From Macrostomum lignano (lineage: Eukaryota): a stretch of DNA of 64,000 nt. The stretch is taken from NCBI GenBank assembly GCA_002269645.1, contig NIVC01002421.1, positions 1 through 64,000 of the forward strand. The letters are read 5' to 3'. The notes beneath the pieces are model-generated. The model searched no databases. It saw only the letters and a list, made by a program, of their open reading frames with translations, and was not told where the DNA came from. The first letter of the stretch is position 1, and the number at the start of each line of letters is the position of its first letter. Of the stretch, positions 10,966 to 20,375 are shown in pieces. Made by a program: the position numbers and the translations under genes.

Positions 10966-11529
10966 GTCTACGAGTTTTTCTATTCAAGGATTCAATTCCA
11001 TCGGTCGCTTGCTTCTGCCCGCGTGCTTGGTGGAGATACGGATAGTTTGATCCTGGCATTGGTTATGGCCAACCCGGAGACGAGTCCTCAGGAGACATTG
11101 TTTAAAGACTTGGTGGAGTGCGGTTTGTTAGATACTAGTAATTATCCACCTTCTCATCCACTTTATACAACAAAGTATAAAGGGAAGTTAATGGCCTGGA
11201 AAGATGAAGTTTGCGGTTGTACGCCGTTGGAGTTTGCATTTCTACGCCCGAAAAACTATTCAATGGTGTATGCAAAGGAAAGCCTCTGTCAGATTGTGCG
11301 TTGCAAGGGCGTGTCGAAGTCAATTGTAAGAGGTATGAAGCACAATGTATTTTTGGGTGCGTTGAAGGATCGAGTTTTGGGGCATGTAACGATGCGGACG
11401 ATTACTTCGCGACGACAGAAGATTTATATTCTTGAGCAGCGCAAGCAGGCGCTTAGCTTTTTCGACACGAAGCGAGCCTGGCTCGATCCCTACTCATCCC
11501 TCCCATTTGGTCATTGGCGGTTGACTTGA
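10966..11529 (+). pseudogene. C-terminal fragment of Maverick/Polinton (adintovirus-like) protein-primed DNA polymerase B
   Basis: YEFFY, GDTDSL (motif C), DTSNYPPSHPLY, KDE, EFAFLRPKNYS, KGV, LSFFDTKR, LPFGH; homology appears to stop upstream of ~10966. Confidence 0.85.
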
Positions 11530-11798
11530 CTTGTTCTCTCTGTCTCTATTTTCTGTCTGTTTATGCTTTTTCTGCTCACAATATATGCGCGCAATTATCG
11601 AATGTATATACAAGAATCTGCCTTTCTTTCTTTCTCTTCGTATTTTTTCGTTTTTCTAGGCCAATGATAGCAGTGCAGGGGATTAGTACTAGGCTTAGTT
11701 TTTTTGATTGGGACGAGGATTACGAGGGTAGTACCAGACTTATTTTAGAGGACGACGATCCTGCTAAGCATAAGATGAACTATGATCCCGCAGCCACG

Positions 11799-12281
11799 AT
11801 GAGCTCCGACGCTTGAACGACGGTCCCGCTGCGCATAGTGCTCACGGATGCCGGGGCAGTAATGCCTCGGCGAGCTACGGCCGGGTCGGTGGGCTATGAC
11901 CTAGCCACGTGCGAAGACCGCACTGTGGAGGCCTTTGACACAGCCATCATTTGCACCGGCCTCCGGGTGATGCTGCCGCTAGGCACCTATAGTCAGATAG
12001 CGAGCCGGTCCAGTTGGGCCAACCCAGGCCTCAATGTGCAGGGTGGCGTGGTTGACCCGGACTATACCGGGGAACTCCGCGTGATCCTGCACAACACGTC
12101 AGATGAGAAAGTTCATCTACTGTGTGCCACCAGCGTGGTTCAACTGATTCTGGAGCGCTGCGTCAGGCCCCCGGTAGAAGTCGGCCGAGCTCGCAAGGGC
12201 CAGCTGCCGGGGGTTTGGCACCGACAACCGGAGCCGGTGGCGGTTCGCGAGACGGGCGGCATGGGCAGCACTAACATCTGA
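11799..12281 (+). pseudogene. dut: Trimeric dUTPase with an in-frame TGA at 11814-11816
   Basis: All five motifs recognisable (VGYDL, SRSS, GVVDPDYTGEL, QLI, RETGGMGSTN); ATG 11799 is in frame with the downstream ORF. Confidence 0.9.
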
Positions 12282-12381
12282 TGCTGCTCGCGCCCGGAGC
12301 CCGTCGGTCGGTGGTGGGAATTGGTGGTGGTTTTTAATACAATATACTGCTCGTGGATTTAACCGCTGTGTGTATAAGCAA

Positions 12382-12725
12382 ATGCAGTTGGTTCTTTTAG
12401 TACAATTAAGTGGGGTGGGAACACAAGGCCAACAGAAGAAGAAGCGAGTGCGTTTACCATCTTTCAGGGGAGCTTCATTTGCCGGGGGTTACCAATTCTG
12501 CGGCCCGGGACACGATTGAGAGAACGTTTGGCGAGGGGCGATACTGGGAAGAATCGGCTCGATAAATTGTGTCTCTTACATGACCTGGCATACGAGAAGC
12601 ACTCGGACGTGGCAGAGCGTAAAAGGCCGATCAACAACTCGAAGCAAGAGCTCGAGAGATTGCTACGGATCCTACAACTAAGTGGGGGGGACGTTTGGCC
12701 GCGAAACTGGTGTCCCGTGTTTTCT
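12382..12725 (+). pseudogene. Parvovirus-type phospholipase A2 domain protein (Maverick/adintovirus PLA2-like), two frameshifts
   Basis: GYQFCGPG / TRLRERLARGDTGKNRLDKLCLLHDLAYEK / ADQQLEARAREIATD across three frames; shifts fall in short homopolymer runs. Confidence 0.8.
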
Positions 12726-13552
12726 AGCATTTTTCTAGCGAGCATGATTAGTGGTGGTGGCGCTGAGAATCTGTTTAAGCGCTGTTATAATCGTTTGCGT
12801 TCTTTCGCGATGAATTATCTGCGTATTAGATTGCGGTAATTTGCTTACTCGTTTTTAATGCGTATGGACTTGCGGCGAATTCAGTCAAATATACTTTGCA
12901 GAGATAAATGGCCAAGGCTAAGGAAGAATTGGACTTTGCATTCAATATTTCTTTTAGGAGAGAGCTAGTGTTGGTTAGTGTGTCGTATAAGATAACTACA
13001 CTATACATACACTATACTTACATCTATAACTACATTTATAACTATTTCATTTCAGACCCAGGAGAATAATCCTCGTTGCACAAGGATTTCAAAAAGGGAA
13101 TAATATAGGGATTAGAAATTAGGACAAGCCTGAACAAAATAAAAGGTTCGCTAAAGGGCAAAGTAAGAAGCTAAAACCAGTGGGCGAAAGTTCAATTTAG
13201 AGATAAGACACTTAAGTGAGAAATTAGAAGAACGGCAAGAAAGCAAAAAAAATCATAGATATGATATGAACTTAATTGTCACTTTCCCCCAAAATTTCAG
13301 ACCAAACGAGATTTCAAAATCGGCCGAGGTACCAGGCAGAGTCAGTCGGCGCAGTGCCAGGAGAATCGAGACGACATGTCACAGAAAGCGGGGGGAGAGT
13401 AGAAAGACTAAAAAACATTCATTTTCATATATATGTACTCAGTTGGTATGCGCTGCACTTTACAATATAAAATATTTACTGTTAAGTACGGCTCGTATCT
13501 ATACATACCCGATTAAAATAACTTAAGCACAGACTCATATCACACACAACAG

Positions 13553-14561
13553 ATGTACGACGCTCAGCTCGACCACTTGGATGATGTCTATATCGGCGAG
13601 GAGACTTCCCCCCGAATGGAGACGATCGTCAGACCGCTGTTTTAAGAACCGGAGATTCAAGATGAATGGTCCAAAAATAGTCGTTTGCAACAAAAATATC
13701 AGCGGTTGCGGCGCGAATGGAAATCAAGAGGGCCACACATCCCCTACGAGATGGGTGACAACACGAAGTGGATGGCTCGATCCGATGACACAACGTACGT
13801 GATACGATTTCACCAAGCTAGTACAACAGACAGTAATCTCCAGCCGGCCAGGTCGGTACAATGATGTAAAATTGTTTGACATCCACCAGGAAATGCTAGA
13901 AATTCCGAGAACGACCAATATGGTGACACATCTGACATGCCAGCGTATCTGCAACAACCCGAGGGACCTCCGATGGTTAAGCGCCGATTAAAACATACTA
14001 GAGCGAAACGCGACTCTCATTTTTGATTACACAAACCAAGATGCCTTCACAGGTCACCATTTCATAGTAATGACAAGGTGGCTCCGCTCACTCATAACGC
14101 ACCCCTGGGGACCTGCAGAAAACCACATGGAACGCCACGTCACTCTGAGAACCTACTTGATAAGCACGCTGCACTATCACGGGATCCATATTTCCCGACA
14201 AGAAATAAGAAAACCGGTAACGCTAGCTTACTCACCGGCCACGTTCCAGTGGCCACAACTGAAAACAGCACTGCTAGCCACCGCACACCCAACCCGGAAA
14301 CAGACGGGTAGTAGAGGCGAAGTTCCCGTAAGGACCGAAAGGGGAGGGTACAGATGGTGAGATTTGACACGATGGTCGAGCGGTTACTCGTGTTCGTGGA
14401 CCAATCGTATTGTCGTACTATCGCACCAAAGTGCTCCCCACAACCCAACACCGGACGAGCTAGCCCTGTGTTTAGGGTTGGTTCAAAAGGTGAAGGGAAA
14501 AATAGGTCTAACGCACAATAGAGAAATTAACAGGTATGATTCGTCAAAGCAGTGTCATTAG
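13553..14561 (+). pseudogene. Decayed ~335-codon cargo ORF P with HNH/His-Me-finger-like motif
   Basis: One frameshift and three stops; HQEMLEIP..VTHLTCQRICNNPRDLRWLSAD*N resembles HxxCxxxxCxNPxHLx7N; the first stop is CAA in the 7260 copy. Confidence 0.5.
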
Positions 14562-14951
14562 TAGGTAAGAAAACACCCATAAAATCCAACAAGAATAATT
14601 TCATACTTAACATTAGCGGACAAACCCATGCTTCAACTAACGATTTATTTATGCTTACAAACGTAGTACGCGTAGCAGCGCCAAAAAAACATCGATTAGA
14701 AATAAAATAAAATGCGTCATACACATAGCCTATAGTAGGTAGCAATACCGTCGTTGAATGATTACGCATGCCCACGCGCTCTTGTGCATAATAATTCTTA
14801 GCTGCAGACCCTTAACATGCTAAAGTATTTTACGGTTACATAAAACAATACAAAACTACCTATATACCGTTATACTAAAACAAAGCAGTTTGTGTCAATC
14901 ATTTTCGCAGAATACAGCAGTCACCTAATAACTTCCCAACGGGTGCCATCG

Positions 14952-15191
14952 TTAAGCCGATAGGGGACGATAGCGATACTTGCAGCAGAACACCGCAATT
15001 AGAACACATAAGATGAGCAGGAGAAATCCACCGCCGCTAACGCCGCCCAGCACGCCTCGCAGCGCCCGTAGCCCAGAGTCAGTAGCCAGAGCCTGATGGG
15101 ATAGCCCTTCCACGCGCTTCTCCAAGACCGATAGTCGCCGTTCCATCTCCGAAAGTAATTTAGACAGTTGTTCAATAGCATGCTGCGACAT
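14952..15191 (-). CDS. 79-aa coiled-coil + TM microprotein, copy 2
   Basis: Intact, same length as 7769-8008. Confidence 0.8.
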   Translation of the reverse strand: MSQHAIEQLSKLLSEMERRLSVLEKRVEGLSHQALATDSGLRALRGVLGGVSGGGFLLLILCVLIAVFCCKYRYRPLSA

Positions 15192-15475
15192 AGTGCCAAG
15201 CCAAAAAAGTTGCAGACAGAATGGAACGAGCTAATCCAAGATAGTTGACTCTCGCCAGCGCCGGGGATACTTTCACAGTAGAACTTATACTAGGCCTAGA
15301 GACGGCCACCTTAATAAAATCGATCGCCCCGCGGACCCCAAACCCCCCCCCCAGTAGGGGTAAGAGCGGTAAATAACCTCAGCGAAGGCCCATAAACCCA
15401 CCCGCGTACATTGAGCTAGCTAAGGATGTACACTGCCAAATAAGAACTAACACAGACAAAAATCATTCCAGCGCA

Positions 15476-15805
15476 ATGGCTGACCGCGAGTGGCGTCCCT
15501 ATACAGCACTCGATGCCTATCAGAGGCGACCGGGCACCCGTTTTAGGGACGTTAATATACATGGGCAGCCCTGCATAAAAGCAGATGAGCAAACGCAAGT
15601 TACACCGGACGACCTCGATGGCGGACGGTCTGTGGCCTCCGGAACCTCGGACCCTGAAGGAGGAGTCATCCGACTCCCCAGAAGGGAATGGCCAGGGGGC
15701 GACTACGTTTCCACCCCTGACAACTCATGGCCAACACTTCAAACTCACCGCCTGTTTGTCTGGCGTAAACCCAACTGGGCGCCCCCGGATGAGGAAAATG
15801 ACTAA
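15476..15805 (+). CDS. DAQTQ-family cargo protein (109 aa)
   Basis: Intact paralog of 8297-8620. Confidence 0.8.
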   Translation: MADREWRPYTALDAYQRRPGTRFRDVNIHGQPCIKADEQTQVTPDDLDGGRSVASGTSDPEGGVIRLPRREWPGGDYVSTPDNSWPTLQTHRLFVWRKPNWAPPDEEND

Positions 15806-15907
15806 ATGCGAGGCTGCAACTGCTAATTAACTAATTGACACAATTCACATCTCACTATCAATTATTACGTTTAATAATTAATTAATCATTTAATTAATGG
15901 CTGCACT

Positions 15908-16023
15908 TAATTTCTAACCATATATCGTTAAAATTCTTACGCCATTTCATTCCAGATTCAGGAGATTAATCCTCGTTGCACAAGGATTTCAAAAAAAGGG
16001 GGAATAATATAGGGATTAGAAAT
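15908..16023. other. Stem-loop module D, X-family version
   Basis: Homologous to 8680-8797. Confidence 0.65.
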
Positions 16024-17363
16024 CAGAATAATCGGGACAAAATAAAGGTTCACTAAAGGACAAAATAAGAAGCTAAAAGCAGGGGGGCGAAAGTTCAATT
16101 TAAAGATAAGACACCTAAGTGAGATAAATTAAAGAACGTCAAGAAAGCGAAATAAATCATAGATATGATAAGAATTTAATTGTAACTTTCCCCCAAGATT
16201 TTAGACCAAACCCGATGACATCAAGTCGGCCGAGGTACCAGGCAGAGCCAGTCGGCGCGGTGCCAGGAGAATCGATACGACATGATACCCCGACTGGCGG
16301 GCGAGATAGAGCAATGGTCAACAGGCCAAGTCAGCGGTGGCGTACGGCCAGGGAGCAAGAGGACGATTCACCGAGGGACGCACGAGGGGTCTGACGTGCG
16401 AATCGACTCGAATAATGAACTCTGAACTGACCTTTAACCATCGCCTGATGTGACAAACTAATAGATATCAAATTATCTCTCTCGCCCCGTAGCAACGCGC
16501 CAATCTAATGTTGCTGCGTCTGTTTTGGCACCCCGCCGTTGCTAATCAGCGGCGGGTATGACGTGTACCTAAAATTCTATAAAATAGACACGGCCTCGGC
16601 CCCGAAATGGGCACTCCGGGAAGATTTAAGCTTCAGAACTGGAAGTCTTGTGCACTTCGCCAATAAATCTAAAAGGACTCATATTTGTTCTTTGTGCTAA
16701 AGGCACGAGTCATAGTCAGCCAAGTAGCGATCTCCTTTGTAAGCTCTCTTAGGCTTCGAGGACAGTGGAAGCAATAGAACAAAACCACTAGACGACCAAG
16801 AAGGAGAGAAGCATAGCCGAAGACCTAAGAGAAGTCTTACACGACATGATACCCCGACTGGCGGGCGAGATAGAGCAATTGTCAACAGGCCAGGGTCAGC
16901 GGTGACAGCTATCAAATTATCTCTCTCGCCTCGTAGCAACGCACTAATCTAATGTTGCTGCATCTGCTTTGGCACCCCGCTGTTGCTAATCAGCGGCGGG
17001 GGATGACGTGTACCTAAAATTCTATAAAAATAGACACGGCCTCGGCCCCGAAATGAGCAACCTGAGAAGAATCCAAGGGACAGCAAGAGTTCCAGTGCAA
17101 TTCACGGAAATCCCAAGATTACTGTTCGTTATTTGTGCTACAGGCACGAGTCTTGGCCAACAAATTGCGATCTCTGTTGTAAGATCTTTTAGGCTCAAGA
17201 TCGAGTGAAAAGCTATATTGATCAAGAACAGGAATTAAAAGGTCAGACTTAGTCAAAAATAGTTAGAGCCTAAGAGAATTCTTACACTACTAAGGGATAT
17301 TTTGGGCAGAGAAAAACACGAGCCAGGTCGCCGAGCTTACGAGCTTAATTTTAGCGCATACAC

Positions 17364-17693
17364 ATGGCCGCTTACACCAGCGATAAAGTCTACGCCCGGC
17401 GACCTGGCCAAGCTTTTGTGGACGTGGATATCCATGTCTACAGGTGCGTCAAAAAAGACGCACAAACGCAGGTCACCGAGTGTGACATAGATGGTGGCCA
17501 TTCAGTGTCCACCCAAACCGCCGAGTCGGACAACGATTGGGGACCCGTGTTGCCTCTCACGAAGATCCCATGGGAGGGAGGCCCCTACAAGGCCCCCGTG
17601 ACCATCCGGCCGTGGCCCACGCCGCAGGGCTACCGCCAATATTTATGGGCCAAAGGTGCCCGCCCAGAGACCGAGGAAGGCGGCGATAATTAA
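17364..17693 (+). CDS. DAQTQ-family cargo protein (109 aa), Y type
   Basis: Intact ORF, paralog of 3076-3390. Confidence 0.8.
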   Translation: MAAYTSDKVYARRPGQAFVDVDIHVYRCVKKDAQTQVTECDIDGGHSVSTQTAESDNDWGPVLPLTKIPWEGGPYKAPVTIRPWPTPQGYRQYLWAKGARPETEEGGDN

Positions 17694-17814
17694 AGCGGCC
17701 CCTAGCTATAACTATGAATTATCTCTTTTTAACTAACTATTTTCCATTTTATCTATCTATATACCTCAGCCAGCATATCTTCCCTACCTCAATATAACGC
17801 TTAATTACCTTTTA

Positions 17815-17944
17815 CAGATTTCTAAGTCTTATATTTGATGACATACGCAACCGCAATGCGATTTTAGTCCAAGCATAGAGGACCCAAATCCTTGTTAGCA
17901 CAAGGATTTGAAAAAGGGGCAATCGTATAAGAGTTAGAAATCTG
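17815..17944. other. Stem-loop module D, Y-family version
   Basis: 18/19 complementary outer arms (17815-17833 / 17926-17944); perfect 10-bp inner stem 17886-17909. Confidence 0.75.
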
Positions 17945-20375
17945 AAGTTTATCTTAAGTTAGAAGAAGATAGTTAAGTCCCTTTCCATTCCAGTCAGTAG
18001 GGACAACCCGCCGCAGGAACAATGGCGATTAAACTGGCTGGGAGAAGCGGCCCAGCTTAAAGAACAACGCGGCACGCGGCATCTTCTGGCGCACCCTGAG
18101 GGAGAAAACGTGAGGCCCACCTACAGACTCCTATCCAACCTGAAGTGGCCCAAGAAGGCGAGATCAACCCCAAGCTGCCTGACAACCGAGAGAAACAGAG
18201 GACTGTTTAATCTTCAATGGACGGAGTTAAGAGACGGAAAATTAAGCTCTTTTCCTGTTATTTGTCTATCCCAAATTTTGTCCAATGCAACACATAGATT
18301 TCCAAAAAACCCGAATAATCTCTAACCTTCACACTTAGCAACCTACTAGAACTAACTCGATTCATGTACAACTAGGGGACTGAGTCCCAGATTTTTATTG
18401 CTTAAAACCCCCCGCCGTTGCTAACCACGCACGCGAAGACACCTCACCGGCGGCGGGAGACGCAAAAATGCTAATTGGTATAAAATAGACGCCCATCTCA
18501 AACTGGAGCGGCGCTTCGTTTTTCCTGCGCAGTTTCCGATCTTAAATTGCTCCATTTGAATTGGTCTCTGGACTGTTCCAGTTGGCACAAACCAAAGCCT
18601 TAAATCAATCATTTGTCTTAATTGTTGCGCAGAGCAAATACCAGAGAGAGTTACCCTCAGTCTAGATACTAGGAGATCCCGTCAGTTTATACGGTTCTTC
18701 TCTGACGGCTTGATAGGAGAGATTAAGAGCTGCACGAACCTTAGACCGCTAGACACCTATCTTAGAAAGTGAGAACATCAACTCAAAGGCCCCAGAGAAA
18801 AACGCGTATAAAGATTTTTCGGTCCCGAGCGGCGCTACCTCGGATCTTGGAAAAGACCTGTCTTCGAACAGCTGAACTTGTGTTTCACAGTTTCTTTGTG
18901 TTATCAGACGAACACGCGCGCCAACCGCTATCTCCGTTGTAATTTGCGAGTTAAGCTAGAACCGATAAGGAGGGTCTTAAAATGGGGGCAATTATAGAGG
19001 GCTCGGAAATTCACTAGCATAGGAAGTTCTTTCGAGACGCGTTTAAGCTGGACGAAGCAAAGAATTATCAGTATAGGCAGAGGAAAGACAAATAAGACAG
19101 ATAAGATGGTAGAAGGCCGAATGCGGGCAAACAACAGTGACCCATAGCAGCATATGACAAATTCACAGCAGCCCCCAAACCCAAATCTGGCAATCAATCC
19201 CGAAGGGCGTGGGAACCGAAGAGTGGACGCGCGATCCGATGTATGCGGAAATGCAGTGGAAAGACTCAAAAACTGACCTCCACCTCCCCCGCTCGATCGC
19301 TCGAACTCAACCAACGTAACCCGCAAGTTTAGCGTCAAAACCGTAAAAAGTGGTTTGTTTCGGCCCTAAGGCGCTTAACTTGTTTTACTCAGAGCTTGGC
19401 CTCGTAAAAATAACCGTTTTACTATTAAACACTATTCTGTGATTTATACGGTCATCGTATGTAGCAATAACAACTGCCTTTAGTTTAAGGCTAGTAATTT
19501 TTATACTTGGTTAATTCAAAATATATTACTCTACCAGAACAAAACGAATGGTCCTAATGCAAAGTTATTATCCATAAATCTATGAAATTAAAGACATTAA
19601 AATCAATCCACACAAATTGAAATGATGTTTTTTAATTGATAGCGCTAGTTGCTGTCAATGCCGAAGCATCAACGATAACCAGCTGTGCGTTTAAACTCAC
19701 CAAACAGAGCCGTAGAATTTAAAGAATTCCAGCCCGTCTAGCTCGTAAAAGCCATGGCGAGGGAGAGACGACAAGACTGTCGAGCAGCGCGTGTGCTGAT
19801 ATATTATAGAAAGGCCGCTTGTGCATGCACAGGGGTTGCTGGACACCCGGGCATGTGTGGGCAATCCAGATTGGCCGAGAGGGAGAGGGAGACAAGGGGA
19901 GAGAGAGAAGAGAGAGACTCAGTTTTCTGTACAGGCCCAAGGCTTCCGTTCTGGGTTTCAAGACCTTGTCAAGGCCGAAGAGCCTCGTTTCCGCGGCCCC
20001 TCTTCCGAGTGGGGGGGGGCTTGGGGTTGGTGTTGCGTCTGTTGGCTGATGGCTGAGTTCGTAAATGTGCACATGACTCCACCCTACGTTTTTCAATTCG
20101 TCTATTAGGGCAGAAAAGCTAGGACGGGTAAAAGATAGGACGTGCTTGAAATTGGTCTTCTGCTTTTCGTGGCGGACCCTGATAAGTGAAAATTCATACT
20201 TTTTTCGTGTGCTCAAGGTTCTAAGGAATTAGATTCGGCTTCGGGATAAGTCTGCTTCGAGCTAGAATGTTCATTTATCTGTCCAACCAAAACCAAACAA
20301 CATTTTTACTCCTGTATCTGTATCGGATGGCAATAGGATTACAGATGCTCTGCTCTGCCTTCGACTTCGATCATG

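Larger units (their letters stand above)
13377..16841 (+). mobile_element. X-family unit X2: 3465-bp solo-LTR-like insertion with 5-bp TSD
   Basis: CGACA|TGTCAC....GTCTTACA|CGACA; empty-site sequence visible at ~16270-16290. Confidence 0.85.
13042..17286 (+). mobile_element. X-family copy X3 (host copy: partial D, enhancer block, promoter, end TTCTTACA), split by insertion of X2
   Basis: 13042-13376 and 16842-17286 rejoin to the X sequence GAATCGA(G/T)ACGACATGATACCCC; TATA at 17023. Confidence 0.7.
17287..18810 (+). mobile_element. Y-family unit (cargo ORF, D, enhancer block, TATA at 18479, end CGCGTATA); left side cut by X3
   Basis: Colinear with 2965-4684, with a deletion between D and the next block. 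Confidence 0.65.

Noticed and set aside
16600-16735. Minus strand resembles the U2 snRNA 5' end (ATCGCT..CTCGTGCCTTTAGC..AAGAACAA); also at ~9500 and ~17170
   Set aside because: The insert after ATCGC, the non-conserved branch-site region and the missing Sm/stem IV geometry argue against it. The plus-strand TATA and LTR-end context explain the conservation better. An Rfam cmsearch would settle it.
13377-16841. X as a Ginger or Maverick DNA transposon
   Set aside because: No extended TIRs and no transposase; the TSD is 5 bp and the internal layout is U3-R-U5-like
18811-20370. ORFs 18928-19338 and 19719-20216
   Set aside because: No recognisable motifs, non-ATG or low-complexity; no paralog in the window to test conservation
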